From a virus: a stretch of DNA of 64,000 bases. The DNA is taken from the IMG/VR virus record IMGVR_UViG_3300046777_002716, positions 37,898 through 101,897 of that record; one strand, given 5' to 3'. Made by a program: the position numbers and the translations under genes. The notes under the pieces are model-generated. The model saw nothing but the letters and a program-made list of their open reading frames with translations. It made no database searches and was not told where the DNA came from. Positions 7,120 through 15,351 of the stretch are shown here, one piece after another. Within the stretch, counting starts at the first letter, position 1. Each line of letters opens with the position of its first letter.

Positions 7120-9300
7120 TCAGGCAACCAACTCCACAAATTCCCCAAGAACTTTTTTGTTCATCTTTTTGCCCTTTAGGGATTTCACAAATGCGGATTT
7201 GATTTGAGATTTGCTTGCATCATCAGATACAGAGAATTCTGCATCATTAGACAAAGCACTTGCGGAAATACCAAAGTAGGTATGATACCCAGAACTCTTG
7301 ATGGAGAAAGTCTTCTCTTTCCTCCAAGAGTTCATTACACGGTCATAGTCATCACCATAATATCCACAATAACGGCGAATGAAACTACCAGAATCACGAG
7401 ACTCCAGAACTCGCATACCGATAAAGTTCACGGTAGGAAACTTATCGCGGAGATTGCGGAGAAGAACATCAGTAAAACCGTGATACTCACAGTCCAGAGA
7501 GTAGGTGTTTCCAGTCTTTCGGTCACGGAGGAATGTGGTTGATGGGTTGTAGTGAACCGTACCGATATAAGGTTCCTTCTCCCAACGTCGTTGGACTTCC
7601 TTGTGAACCTTTAGTTGTGATGCCTCACCATCGGTAAGAACCACACACTGAACCTTCTGGAGTTTATTCTCCTTCTGGAATTGTGGAAGAATTTCGTGAA
7701 GAGTAATCAGTGCTTCATTCAGAGGAGTGCCAGAAAGACTCCACCCAATAGGAACACTATAACGCACCCTGTATTGGGCATTATACCCAAAACACTTAGC
7801 AATACGATACATATTCATCATCTGTTTTTCAAGGGTCGAACTGTTCACTTTGCTGGTGAGCATATTCATCATAGAGAACCAGGGACCAACCTCCAGAAGA
7901 CCATCTTTCTTCACATAGTAATCTTCGGGCATAATTGCCTTACCGTTTTCATCATAACGAACACGGGGATAATCTGTGGTGAATGCATAAACCTCAAAAG
8001 GAATACTGACTTTCTTACAGAACCAAATAAGGTTGAAGAGTTGCTTGATGGTATCAAGCATCACATCCTGCATAGAACCAGACCAGTCAAGAATAAAGAT
8101 AAGACCGTGATTCTTACCGTTGGCAAGAGTGGTTACTTTCTTGAAAAGGTCTTCATTGTACTTATAGGTATGAAGTTTGGAGCAATCAAGAATACCAGTA
8201 CGGGCAGTAGAAGCACGGGCATAAGAGTCTGCTGCCTTACGGCACTCAAACTCTTTCACCAGATAGTTCACTTCCTTCTGGGCAGAACGCTTGAATTCTC
8301 GGTACTCTTTATCAACCTCACCAAAGATTTCATCCTTACTATACCCACATCCTTCAAGATAGGATGCCCAAGAATCATCACATGCTTTGTGAATCTCGGT
8401 ATTTGAATTGATTACTCGGTTCAGATTCACCTTAGGAATCTCAACATAAGTATTCTCATATCCATTACTATTCATAAGTTCCTTGAGTGCTTCCTCAAGG
8501 GACTTGACAGTTTTTACATCGGGTTCTTCTGGTTCAGAAGGTCCACCATTAGTAACAGAATCCTGAAGGTCTGAGGGTTTCTTCTGATTGCTACTTTCAC
8601 CAGAATTATCTGGGGTAGATTTTTCGTTACCCTGACTCTCATCCTGGTCATTCTCACCTTCCTCCTGGTCTGCAAAATCGGATGCAGAAGAACTACCAGA
8701 ACCACTAGTTTGGTTCTCGTGAGAATCCCAATCAATCTTGGTTTGTTCTTCCTTTTTGTTCTTACAATACTTGTAGAGAACTTCTGCAGCATCTAGGGCA
8801 TCTGCAAAAGTTTCGGTTGCAGCAATTTGGTCAATAATTTCCCGCTCCTCATCGGTGAATTGGAGATTCAGATGAGTACCAATTTTGAAATATAGGTTTG
8901 CACGGTCGGCAAGATTATAGGTGTTCAGGTCATCATCACCAATCTGGAAGAAATCCTGTTCAGCAAGTTCTTTGTAACCACCAAAGAAAGTCTTACCCAG
9001 ACCAGCATAACGACGCTTCATCAGACGCTCAATACGAGCATCCTCAACCACATTGACGAACTGAGGAGGAATCTTACGCTCCTTCAACCAATCCTCATCG
9101 GGAGTGTAAAGTGCGTGACCCACTTCGTGACCCACCAGAAGGTCATACACGGTCCCACTCGCCTTCTCCCACATAGGAAGAGTCAGAACGCGAGTATGGA
9201 CGTTGAAGCAGGCAGTCTGAACCTTCTTATGCTCAACCACAAGGTCTTCAGTGGCAAGCAGTTTTGCGAGTTGAGACTTGATTTCGTGATTGACGGGCAT
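7120..9300 (-). CDS. CobT-like protein: N-terminal metallopeptidase plus C-terminal VWA domain
   Basis: GHEVGH and NVVEDARIE peptidase motifs; acidic linker; MIDAS DWSGSM, GTP and LTDG; adjacent to cobS. Confidence 0.88.
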   Translation of the reverse strand: MPVNHEIKSQLAKLLATEDLVVEHKKVQTACFNVHTRVLTLPMWEKASGTVYDLLVGHEVGHALYTPDEDWLKERKIPPQFVNVVEDARIERLMKRRYAGLGKTFFGGYKELAEQDFFQIGDDDLNTYNLADRANLYFKIGTHLNLQFTDEEREIIDQIAATETFADALDAAEVLYKYCKNKKEEQTKIDWDSHENQTSGSGSSSASDFADQEEGENDQDESQGNEKSTPDNSGESSNQKKPSDLQDSVTNGGPSEPEEPDVKTVKSLEEALKELMNSNGYENTYVEIPKVNLNRVINSNTEIHKACDDSWASYLEGCGYSKDEIFGEVDKEYREFKRSAQKEVNYLVKEFECRKAADSYARASTARTGILDCSKLHTYKYNEDLFKKVTTLANGKNHGLIFILDWSGSMQDVMLDTIKQLFNLIWFCKKVSIPFEVYAFTTDYPRVRYDENGKAIMPEDYYVKKDGLLEVGPWFSMMNMLTSKVNSSTLEKQMMNMYRIAKCFGYNAQYRVRYSVPIGWSLSGTPLNEALITLHEILPQFQKENKLQKVQCVVLTDGEASQLKVHKEVQRRWEKEPYIGTVHYNPSTTFLRDRKTGNTYSLDCEYHGFTDVLLRNLRDKFPTVNFIGMRVLESRDSGSFIRRYCGYYGDDYDRVMNSWRKEKTFSIKSSGYHTYFGISASALSNDAEFSVSDDASKSQIKSAFVKSLKGKKMNKKVLGEFVELVA

Positions 9301-9321
9301 TTGTTTTTCTCAGTTGCCACT

Positions 9322-9376
9322 ATCATACAAAAAAAGAGGGTGGTTAGACCCTCTCTTGTGCCAGTTTGGAAAGTGG
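9322..9376 (-). promoter_or_regulatory. Putative early promoter with CCACTTTCCAAAC box, overlapping a terminator-like hairpin
   Basis: CCACTTTCCAAACTGGCAC, then AGAGGGT/ACCCTCT with T-run, then TATGAT. Confidence 0.65.
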
Positions 9377-9382
9377 TTCAAA

Positions 9383-11080
9383 TCAATCAAGTTTGTCCAG
9401 ATTTGTTTCAAAGATATTATTAATCCAATTACCACCCATTGCATCCATAATTGCCTCTGCAGACTTTTTATCAGAAGCAAAACCTTCACTTAAAAGATAA
9501 TCAGTAATTAGATTTTCTGCCATTTTTGTAGTATATTCTTTACCAGCATATTTAAATGTCTTATCTCCACGCTTTCTATAAAATCTAAATGCATCCTCAA
9601 ATGTAGATCCAATTTTAGCAGGACCTACTTTTGCACGACTACGAATCCTACCGCTAGGATCCATTGTGTTGTATACATTAGTTTTTATATTCTTTGGTTT
9701 TTCCTCTTTTGGTTCCTGTGATCCAGCAATTCCAGCACCAACGAGACCTGCTCCTGCTGCAATAGGTCCAATTTTACTACCTTTTGGTTTTTTAATTGGA
9801 GGTTCTTTACCAGTTGTAGCATACTTTTCCATTCCTGGATATCTCATATTACCACCTTTTTCCGCAGGTGATAAAGTTGCCCTTACAGTGTGTGTTAAAC
9901 CACTACCAGTTCCACCTTTTCCAGTTGAAGGTTCGGAGGATTTTTTATTCTTTTTAGTGGATGATGTTGAAGAACTGCCAGGAGGTAAAGCAATATCTCT
10001 TTGTGCTTGTCCAGGAAGTTGTTGTGGTTTAGGTGCAGTTGCTCCTTTATTCAATTCTGGTTTTGGTGATTTAGCAGTAGGAACTAATTTTCCTCCAGGT
10101 TGTGCAGGTGTTGGAGATGATTTAGGAAGTGCCTCAGGTTTGAATGTAGGTTTGGATGATGTTTTTCCTGCAGATGGGAGTGCTTTAGGAGTTGGAGAAC
10201 CTGGTAATACTCTATTTGGAAGTTTACTAGAAGGACCTTCTTTTGGAAGACCACGTTGTGCTTGAGGTTTTTTAGGGAATTGCTTCCAAGGATCTGCTGC
10301 AGAACCTTTTGGCATTCTTCCCGCTGTCTTAGAAACTGTCTTAGAGACTGTAGGTGCAGATTTTTGCCCAACATTACCAACAGTTCTAACGATTGGTTGT
10401 GAGAACTGTTTTAAAACGTTGGTTGCCGGTTTTAGTCCAGCCATGTGTCCCATTCCCAATGCCAATGTTGTTGCTAGTGTATCAGTTACACCTCTTTTTG
10501 CAACATAAGAAGGGGTCATTCCTCCAGATTTTGGAGTTGATGGTTTTGGTGAAGATGCTGCTTGAGATGCTTTTTTCTGAGCAAGCATATCAGCATACTT
10601 ATTCGCTCTTTCTGGTGCGGGTGGTTTTCTTTCTGCTCTCGCTTGTCTAATTGCTCTAGTTTGGGTTTCAAATGCTGGTTTGTTAACCTTACTTAACTGT
10701 TTTCCGGTAGAACTAAATCCACCTGGGGTATAACCTTGCTTAACTAGAGTTTTTGCAGGTAGTCCTCTAACTGCAGGTGTTGCTTTCTTAAGAAGACCAC
10801 CAGCAGCTTTTAATCCTGCCTTAACTAAAGATAATTTTACTTCAGTAATATATGATTCTTCTAGCAACTGTTCTTCATCATAATATTCCAATACATCTTC
10901 AACAAATGTTAGTGCAAGATCATTCTCAATAATTAGATCTGCAAAATACTCAGATTCTTCTACAGATTCAAAAATATTATTACTATCACAGAAATTTACA
11001 ATATCTACGAAAAGAGATTCTTCTACATTATAAACATTATTATATGCTTCTTGGAGATCCCTAAGGTGAAATGCTTCCAT
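9383..11080 (-). CDS. Pro/Lys/Ser-rich low-complexity late protein, probable internal virion protein
   Basis: 565 aa; acidic termini (LQEAYNNVY; DYLLSEGFA..AEAIM), basic disordered centre; TATAAATA just upstream. Confidence 0.7.
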   Translation of the reverse strand: MEAFHLRDLQEAYNNVYNVEESLFVDIVNFCDSNNIFESVEESEYFADLIIENDLALTFVEDVLEYYDEEQLLEESYITEVKLSLVKAGLKAAGGLLKKATPAVRGLPAKTLVKQGYTPGGFSSTGKQLSKVNKPAFETQTRAIRQARAERKPPAPERANKYADMLAQKKASQAASSPKPSTPKSGGMTPSYVAKRGVTDTLATTLALGMGHMAGLKPATNVLKQFSQPIVRTVGNVGQKSAPTVSKTVSKTAGRMPKGSAADPWKQFPKKPQAQRGLPKEGPSSKLPNRVLPGSPTPKALPSAGKTSSKPTFKPEALPKSSPTPAQPGGKLVPTAKSPKPELNKGATAPKPQQLPGQAQRDIALPPGSSSTSSTKKNKKSSEPSTGKGGTGSGLTHTVRATLSPAEKGGNMRYPGMEKYATTGKEPPIKKPKGSKIGPIAAGAGLVGAGIAGSQEPKEEKPKNIKTNVYNTMDPSGRIRSRAKVGPAKIGSTFEDAFRFYRKRGDKTFKYAGKEYTTKMAENLITDYLLSEGFASDKKSAEAIMDAMGGNWINNIFETNLDKLD

Positions 11081-11102
11081 TTTTTAAAAATAATTTTTTA
11101 GT

Positions 11103-11110
11103 TATTTATA
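11103..11110 (-). promoter_or_regulatory. T4-type late promoter
   Basis: TATAAATA about 22 nt upstream of the 565-aa ORF. Confidence 0.8.
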
Positions 11111-11243
11111 AAAAAGAAGCACCCCTTTCGGAGTGCTTTTTCTTGAGTGCTTGGCGTCGTGCCTTTGCTTGTCGGAGTGCTTGCGGTTTGAGTTTTCGCT
11201 TCTGCTCTTTTTTAGAATGGTGATAGCGGTTAGGGACTATCAT
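11106..11243 (-). CDS. Small highly basic protein (45 aa, not in the ORF track)
   Basis: MIVPNRYHHSKKEQKRKLKPQALRQAKARRQALKKKHSERGASFL; directly downstream of a consensus sigma70 promoter. Confidence 0.7.
   Translation of the reverse strand: MIVPNRYHHSKKEQKRKLKPQALRQAKARRQALKKKHSERGASFL
11110..11138 (-). terminator. Rho-independent terminator
   Basis: AAGCACTCC-GAAA-GGGGTGCTT followed by CTTTTTT. Confidence 0.75.
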
Positions 11244-11268
11244 AATTTTGATGTAGTAGAGGAAATCT

Positions 11269-11297
11269 ATTATAGAATAACACTATTTATTTGTCAA
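11269..11297 (-). promoter_or_regulatory. Consensus sigma70 promoter
   Basis: TTGACA-17 nt-TATAAT, exact consensus. Confidence 0.85.
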
Positions 11298-11696
11298 GTG
11301 TCCATAATATCCCATTTTTTTCATTAAAGCAACCGCTTCATCATACTTATCAGGTTTCACTGCTATGTAAAGATGTTTTCCAATTTTATCCCTATTATTA
11401 TCAGATACACTTCCTATCTGCAGATGGTTTGGATTTACACAAAGTTTATTATCACATATATGTCTAATAACTTTTCCCTTTGGAATAATTCCTTTATGAA
11501 GTTCATAAGATACTCTGTGTGCCTTTTTTTGTTTATAATTATCTCGTATTACTCCATATTTTTTATTAACAACTCCACAGATAGTTCCAGTCCATTCCCA
11601 ACAATCATCACCTTTTTTTACATTTTTCCAAAACCTTTCTTCTAAAGTTCCCTGATAGTTTCCACCAACGTGATTATTATGAACTCCTTTAGGCAT
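11283..11696 (-). CDS. Free-standing HNH homing endonuclease (HNH_3-like)
   Basis: CWEWTG, YG, AHRVSYELH.G, HICDNKLCVNPNHL, DNNRD. Confidence 0.92.
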   Translation of the reverse strand: MPKGVHNNHVGGNYQGTLEERFWKNVKKGDDCWEWTGTICGVVNKKYGVIRDNYKQKKAHRVSYELHKGIIPKGKVIRHICDNKLCVNPNHLQIGSVSDNNRDKIGKHLYIAVKPDKYDEAVALMKKMGYYGHLTNK

Positions 11697-11746
11697 TTTT
11701 TAGTAGCAGTTATACTTATTTATAAAAATAACACTTCTACTAAAAA
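11697..11746 (-). promoter_or_regulatory. Late promoter inside a hairpin that sequesters the HNH start region
   Basis: TTTTTAGTAG...CTACTAAAAA inverted repeat abutting the ATG, with TATAAATA (11717-11724) in the loop. Confidence 0.8.
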
Positions 11747-11748
11747 TA

Positions 11749-13464
11749 TTACAATTCAGTTTTATAGGAAAAACCAGATTTTTTTTCAAATTTTACTGTG
11801 CGATCAAATTTATCCTGAAGATCTGATTTATGAGAAATTACAAATACATTAGTATCTTTAACAACATATCTAATAATTTTTAAGAATTCATCTGCACCAA
11901 ATCCATCAAGTGATCCATCAAAAACTTCATCAAATATAAGGATATTGCAATTTACGGAATTTTTGACTCTCGCCACTTCACGCCAAGCAAACAACAAACT
12001 CAAATCAATTCTTGCTTTTTCACCTTCACTGAAAGAACTATAAGAAAAGTCTTCGTGAATGGGTGATTTTACAGTCTCGTTGAATTCTTCATCTAGGTGG
12101 AAATTGATATAAAAATCCATCATTTGAAGATAACGATTTACCTGCTGATTTATGAACGGAAGATACTTTTTGATAATCTTCGTTTTTACACCATCATCCT
12201 TGAGTAGGGAATAGGCAAAATCGTAATAGACGATTTCTTCTTTTTTCTTTGAGAGGTCTTCTATTGTATTCTGGAGATTTGTTTTAAATTCCTCTAACTT
12301 GTCGTGCTCAATATTTCTATTTTCAAGTTGTTCGGCAATAGTTTGAATTTCAGATTCAAGATCTCGAATTTGTCTTTGGTTGAGTGAAATCCGAGTATTG
12401 TTTTGAGAAATCTCATGATTGAGTTTAGTAATCTCCTTAGATATTTCTAGAAATTGACGCTCTCGTTCTTGTTCTAATTTTATAGTCTCCTCAAGTTCTT
12501 GAAAACCTTTTTGGAGTTCCTTTGCCTTATTTTGAGCGTCGGCAATTCTATCTAGGCGAAATCTTTCATCAATGTCTTGAGTACAGGTTGGGCAAACCGT
12601 ATTTTCGTTAAAAAACTTATGCTCTTTAGTAATGACAGATACTTTCTGAGATAATTTACCCCTGAGATTATTAAGTTTTACTAACTTTTCTCCAGCACCA
12701 ATAAGATCCTCTTGTAGTTGAGACTTATTAGAAATTTCTACCTCTACTTCTGAGTTATGAGACATATGCTCACTAATCTCATCAGTCAACTTTAAAATTT
12801 TCTTCTTATTCGCTTTTATATTAGCGTTTCCACGATTCTCAAGTTCCTCAATAAAGTTCTCTTGCATTCTCATTTTTTCTTTGAGATTTTCCCTAAGAAC
12901 TTCAAGAGATTTGATTTGGTCTTTTTGAGATCTGATCTTATCCTTTACTAAGGAATTCATCGCAGAAAAAATGCGAATATCCAAGAGATCTTCAATTACT
13001 TCTCTGCGATTTGCAGTTGTCAACTGCATAAATGGAACGAAGGTACTGGAACCAAGAATTACAATTTGAGTAAAGGACTTATAATTTACCTTTAGAATAC
13101 TTTCCTCAAGAATCTTTTGATTGGCGCGATCATCCGCTTCTTTATGAAGGAGAGAACCATTAACTTCGATGTCGAAAACATTTGGTTTAATGCCACGACG
13201 AACAAGATACTCTCTACTGTTGATAGAAAATTCAATCTCAACGAGACAATCCTTTTCATTTGTCGTATTTACTAATTGGGGTTTATTGATTTTGCGGAAA
13301 GGTTTATTGAATAGTACAAATGTAAGAGCATCAAGAACTGTAGATTTACCTGCACCGTTTGTTCCTATGATTAAATTTGTCTGATTTTTCTGAAAATCAA
13401 TTTCCGTCCAATTGTTTCCCGTACTTAGAAAATTTTTCCATCGAATTTTTTTAAATGTTATCAT
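11749..13464 (-). CDS. gp46: Recombination endonuclease subunit gp46 (Rad50/SbcC-like)
   Basis: GTNGAGKST Walker A, CPTC zinc hook, FSEGEK signature, DEVFD. Confidence 0.98.
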   Translation of the reverse strand: MITFKKIRWKNFLSTGNNWTEIDFQKNQTNLIIGTNGAGKSTVLDALTFVLFNKPFRKINKPQLVNTTNEKDCLVEIEFSINSREYLVRRGIKPNVFDIEVNGSLLHKEADDRANQKILEESILKVNYKSFTQIVILGSSTFVPFMQLTTANRREVIEDLLDIRIFSAMNSLVKDKIRSQKDQIKSLEVLRENLKEKMRMQENFIEELENRGNANIKANKKKILKLTDEISEHMSHNSEVEVEISNKSQLQEDLIGAGEKLVKLNNLRGKLSQKVSVITKEHKFFNENTVCPTCTQDIDERFRLDRIADAQNKAKELQKGFQELEETIKLEQERERQFLEISKEITKLNHEISQNNTRISLNQRQIRDLESEIQTIAEQLENRNIEHDKLEEFKTNLQNTIEDLSKKKEEIVYYDFAYSLLKDDGVKTKIIKKYLPFINQQVNRYLQMMDFYINFHLDEEFNETVKSPIHEDFSYSSFSEGEKARIDLSLLFAWREVARVKNSVNCNILIFDEVFDGSLDGFGADEFLKIIRYVVKDTNVFVISHKSDLQDKFDRTVKFEKKSGFSYKTEL

Positions 13465-13717
13465 TTTTGGGAGGAATTACGATATCGTCTGGTGTAATCA
13501 CGGCATACTTGTAATTATACAGTTTACAAGTCTTTATGGCAAGTTCATCATCAACTTCAACCACATCCATTTCTTGGTCTTCCTGTTCTTCAACCATTTG
13601 GGCATATCTAATGGCATCATCCTCCTCTTCAAAAAGAAATAATACCTTATGCCCATATTGATCTTGAACGGCATAGGCACCGTCATCTTTTCTATCTTTA
13701 AGAGTGAGAAGAAACAT
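13451..13717 (-). CDS. Conserved acidic hypothetical protein between gp47 and gp46
   Basis: 88 aa with FEEEDDAIRYA and ITPDDIVIPP; translationally coupled. Confidence 0.8.
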   Translation of the reverse strand: MFLLTLKDRKDDGAYAVQDQYGHKVLFLFEEEDDAIRYAQMVEEQEDQEMDVVEVDDELAIKTCKLYNYKYAVITPDDIVIPPKNDNI

Positions 13718-13718
13718 T

Positions 13719-14753
13719 TTATTCTACTTCGCAAGCTTGTTGATATAAATCTTTGAAAATTCCTTTGATAATATTTTTATCATAATTAAATTCAGACTCT
13801 TCAATATAGCGATTCAATATTGAAAGGGTGTTTTCGTCCTCATCTACTACAAAATCTTCACTTTCCTGGATATCAAAATTCTCTACGATTTTGAGTTCAT
13901 GAACTCCAGAATTGTATAGTTTATCAATAAACTTTTCAAAATCTTTAGGATTTGATTTTTTTCTAACAATAACTTTTACAATTTTGTTCTCGTATTCTGA
14001 AGTATTGAAAAGTTTGTGGTTGGTATCCTCATAATAGATGTTATGGAATAATTTATAAGGATTATCAATTGGGGTGTGTTCTAGGGTTTCAGTATCAAAG
14101 ATGTGAAATCCACGAGTATCATTCACATCATTCCAATACATTTCATATGGATTACCTAGGTAGAAGACCGTTCCATTGTCTGATCTAGTGTGATAGTGTC
14201 CCGAGTAGACACGCTCGAACTTCTCAAATAATTCGCTACCCAAACCATGCTCCATGACGAGGTTTTTATTAACTCTAAATCCATGGAGTTCAAGGTGCCC
14301 CATCGCACACTTGCAAGATGTCTTTTGAATAAGTTTGAGAGTTTTTTCCTCATTTTGTTGATTAATCCAGGGTAAGAATAGAATACTGAGTCCTTTTATA
14401 TTAACTTCTGTTGGTTCGCTATAAGTTCTAATATTAGAATAAGTTTGGAGAAGAAGTTCTGGAGAATTTACATTATTGGTATTCTTGTAATAAGTGTCAT
14501 GATTGCCAATAATCATATGAACTTCATATTTTTTGAGTGGATCAAATACTACACGCTTTGCCCACTCAAGACTTTGATAATCAATTGATTTGCGACTATC
14601 AAAAGCATCTCCCATATGAATTACTGCTTCCACTCCGTACTCTTCCAATTTGGGGAAAAAAACATTTTTATAAAAAAGTTCAAAGTAATCGTGAAGATGT
14701 TTTGAACCTTTTTTCGCACCGTAATGGGTGTCACAAATTAAACCCACCTTCAC
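13719..14753 (-). CDS. gp47: Recombination endonuclease subunit gp47 (Mre11/SbcD-like)
   Basis: DTHYG, HMGD.FD, IGNHD, SGHYH phosphoesterase motifs; GTG start overlapping the HNH stop. Confidence 0.98.
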   Translation of the reverse strand: MKVGLICDTHYGAKKGSKHLHDYFELFYKNVFFPKLEEYGVEAVIHMGDAFDSRKSIDYQSLEWAKRVVFDPLKKYEVHMIIGNHDTYYKNTNNVNSPELLLQTYSNIRTYSEPTEVNIKGLSILFLPWINQQNEEKTLKLIQKTSCKCAMGHLELHGFRVNKNLVMEHGLGSELFEKFERVYSGHYHTRSDNGTVFYLGNPYEMYWNDVNDTRGFHIFDTETLEHTPIDNPYKLFHNIYYEDTNHKLFNTSEYENKIVKVIVRKKSNPKDFEKFIDKLYNSGVHELKIVENFDIQESEDFVVDEDENTLSILNRYIEESEFNYDKNIIKGIFKDLYQQACEVE

Positions 14754-15310
14754 TTTTGCTGCCTCCTACTATTTTCTTTTGCAGTTTTCATAAGATGCTC
14801 TTCATGAGTAATGATTTGGAGATTATCTGGGTGATGTAGTCCACCCTCAAACAACGGAATGATATGGTCTACATCATACTGCACTCCAGTGGTAAAAGTC
14901 AAGTGCTGTGCTTCTTGATATATTTCTTGTATTTCTCTCAATTCATTTTCAGTAATTTCAATTGGAATACCTTGTTTCAATCTAGCATGTCTTCTTCTTT
15001 GTTTTTCACAACCTACTGCTTTACCTCTTTCAGATTTAGCATATTTTCTTTTGATAGAATTAACTAATTCTCTATTATTTTCACAATATTGTTGTTTCTT
15101 TTCTTTCGTCCTATAAGGTTTCATCAACTTTTCATTATTAAGTTTTTCTAAACCTTTCAATATAGCACAAGGAGCGCAATTATAACTACTAACATATTTT
15201 TCATAACTGCCACAATATTTACAAGCGGTGGAACCGATATAAGTTTTTTTACCTTCTGCTATTGCTTGCAATCTATTTTGTCTTCCAACACCACTATATT
15301 GATTAGGCAT
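14750..15310 (-). CDS. Free-standing HNH homing endonuclease with N-terminal Cys4 zinc finger
   Basis: CKYC..CAPC; VDHIIPL..GGLH..NLQIIT. Confidence 0.92.
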   Translation of the reverse strand: MPNQYSGVGRQNRLQAIAEGKKTYIGSTACKYCGSYEKYVSSYNCAPCAILKGLEKLNNEKLMKPYRTKEKKQQYCENNRELVNSIKRKYAKSERGKAVGCEKQRRRHARLKQGIPIEITENELREIQEIYQEAQHLTFTTGVQYDVDHIIPLFEGGLHHPDNLQIITHEEHLMKTAKENSRRQQK

Positions 15311-15313
15311 ATT

Positions 15314-15350
15314 GCTCCAAAATGTTATTGCTATTTATACATTATGGTGC
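15314..15350 (-). promoter_or_regulatory. Late promoter inside an SD-sequestering hairpin
   Basis: GCACCATAATGT pairs with ACATTTTGGAGC (contains GGAG); TATAAATA at 15332-15339 between the arms. Confidence 0.78.
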
Positions 15351-15351
15351 T

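Noticed and set aside
6087-8406. Long plus-strand ORFs (325, 241, 112 and 111 aa) opposite cobS and cobT-like
   Set aside because: Antisense shadows of strongly codon-biased genes; no SD, promoter or recognisable motifs
5898-9300. Cobalamin biosynthesis (cobaltochelatase) auxiliary genes
   Set aside because: No CobN; the peptidase-VWA architecture fits a MoxR/VWA system
9666-10650. Plus-strand 199-aa and 85-aa ORFs
   Set aside because: Mirror of the Pro/Gly-rich low-complexity minus-strand gene
11283-15310. Group I introns around the HNH genes
   Set aside because: gp46, gp47 and gp55 are uninterrupted and there is no room for an intron core; the HNH genes are free-standing
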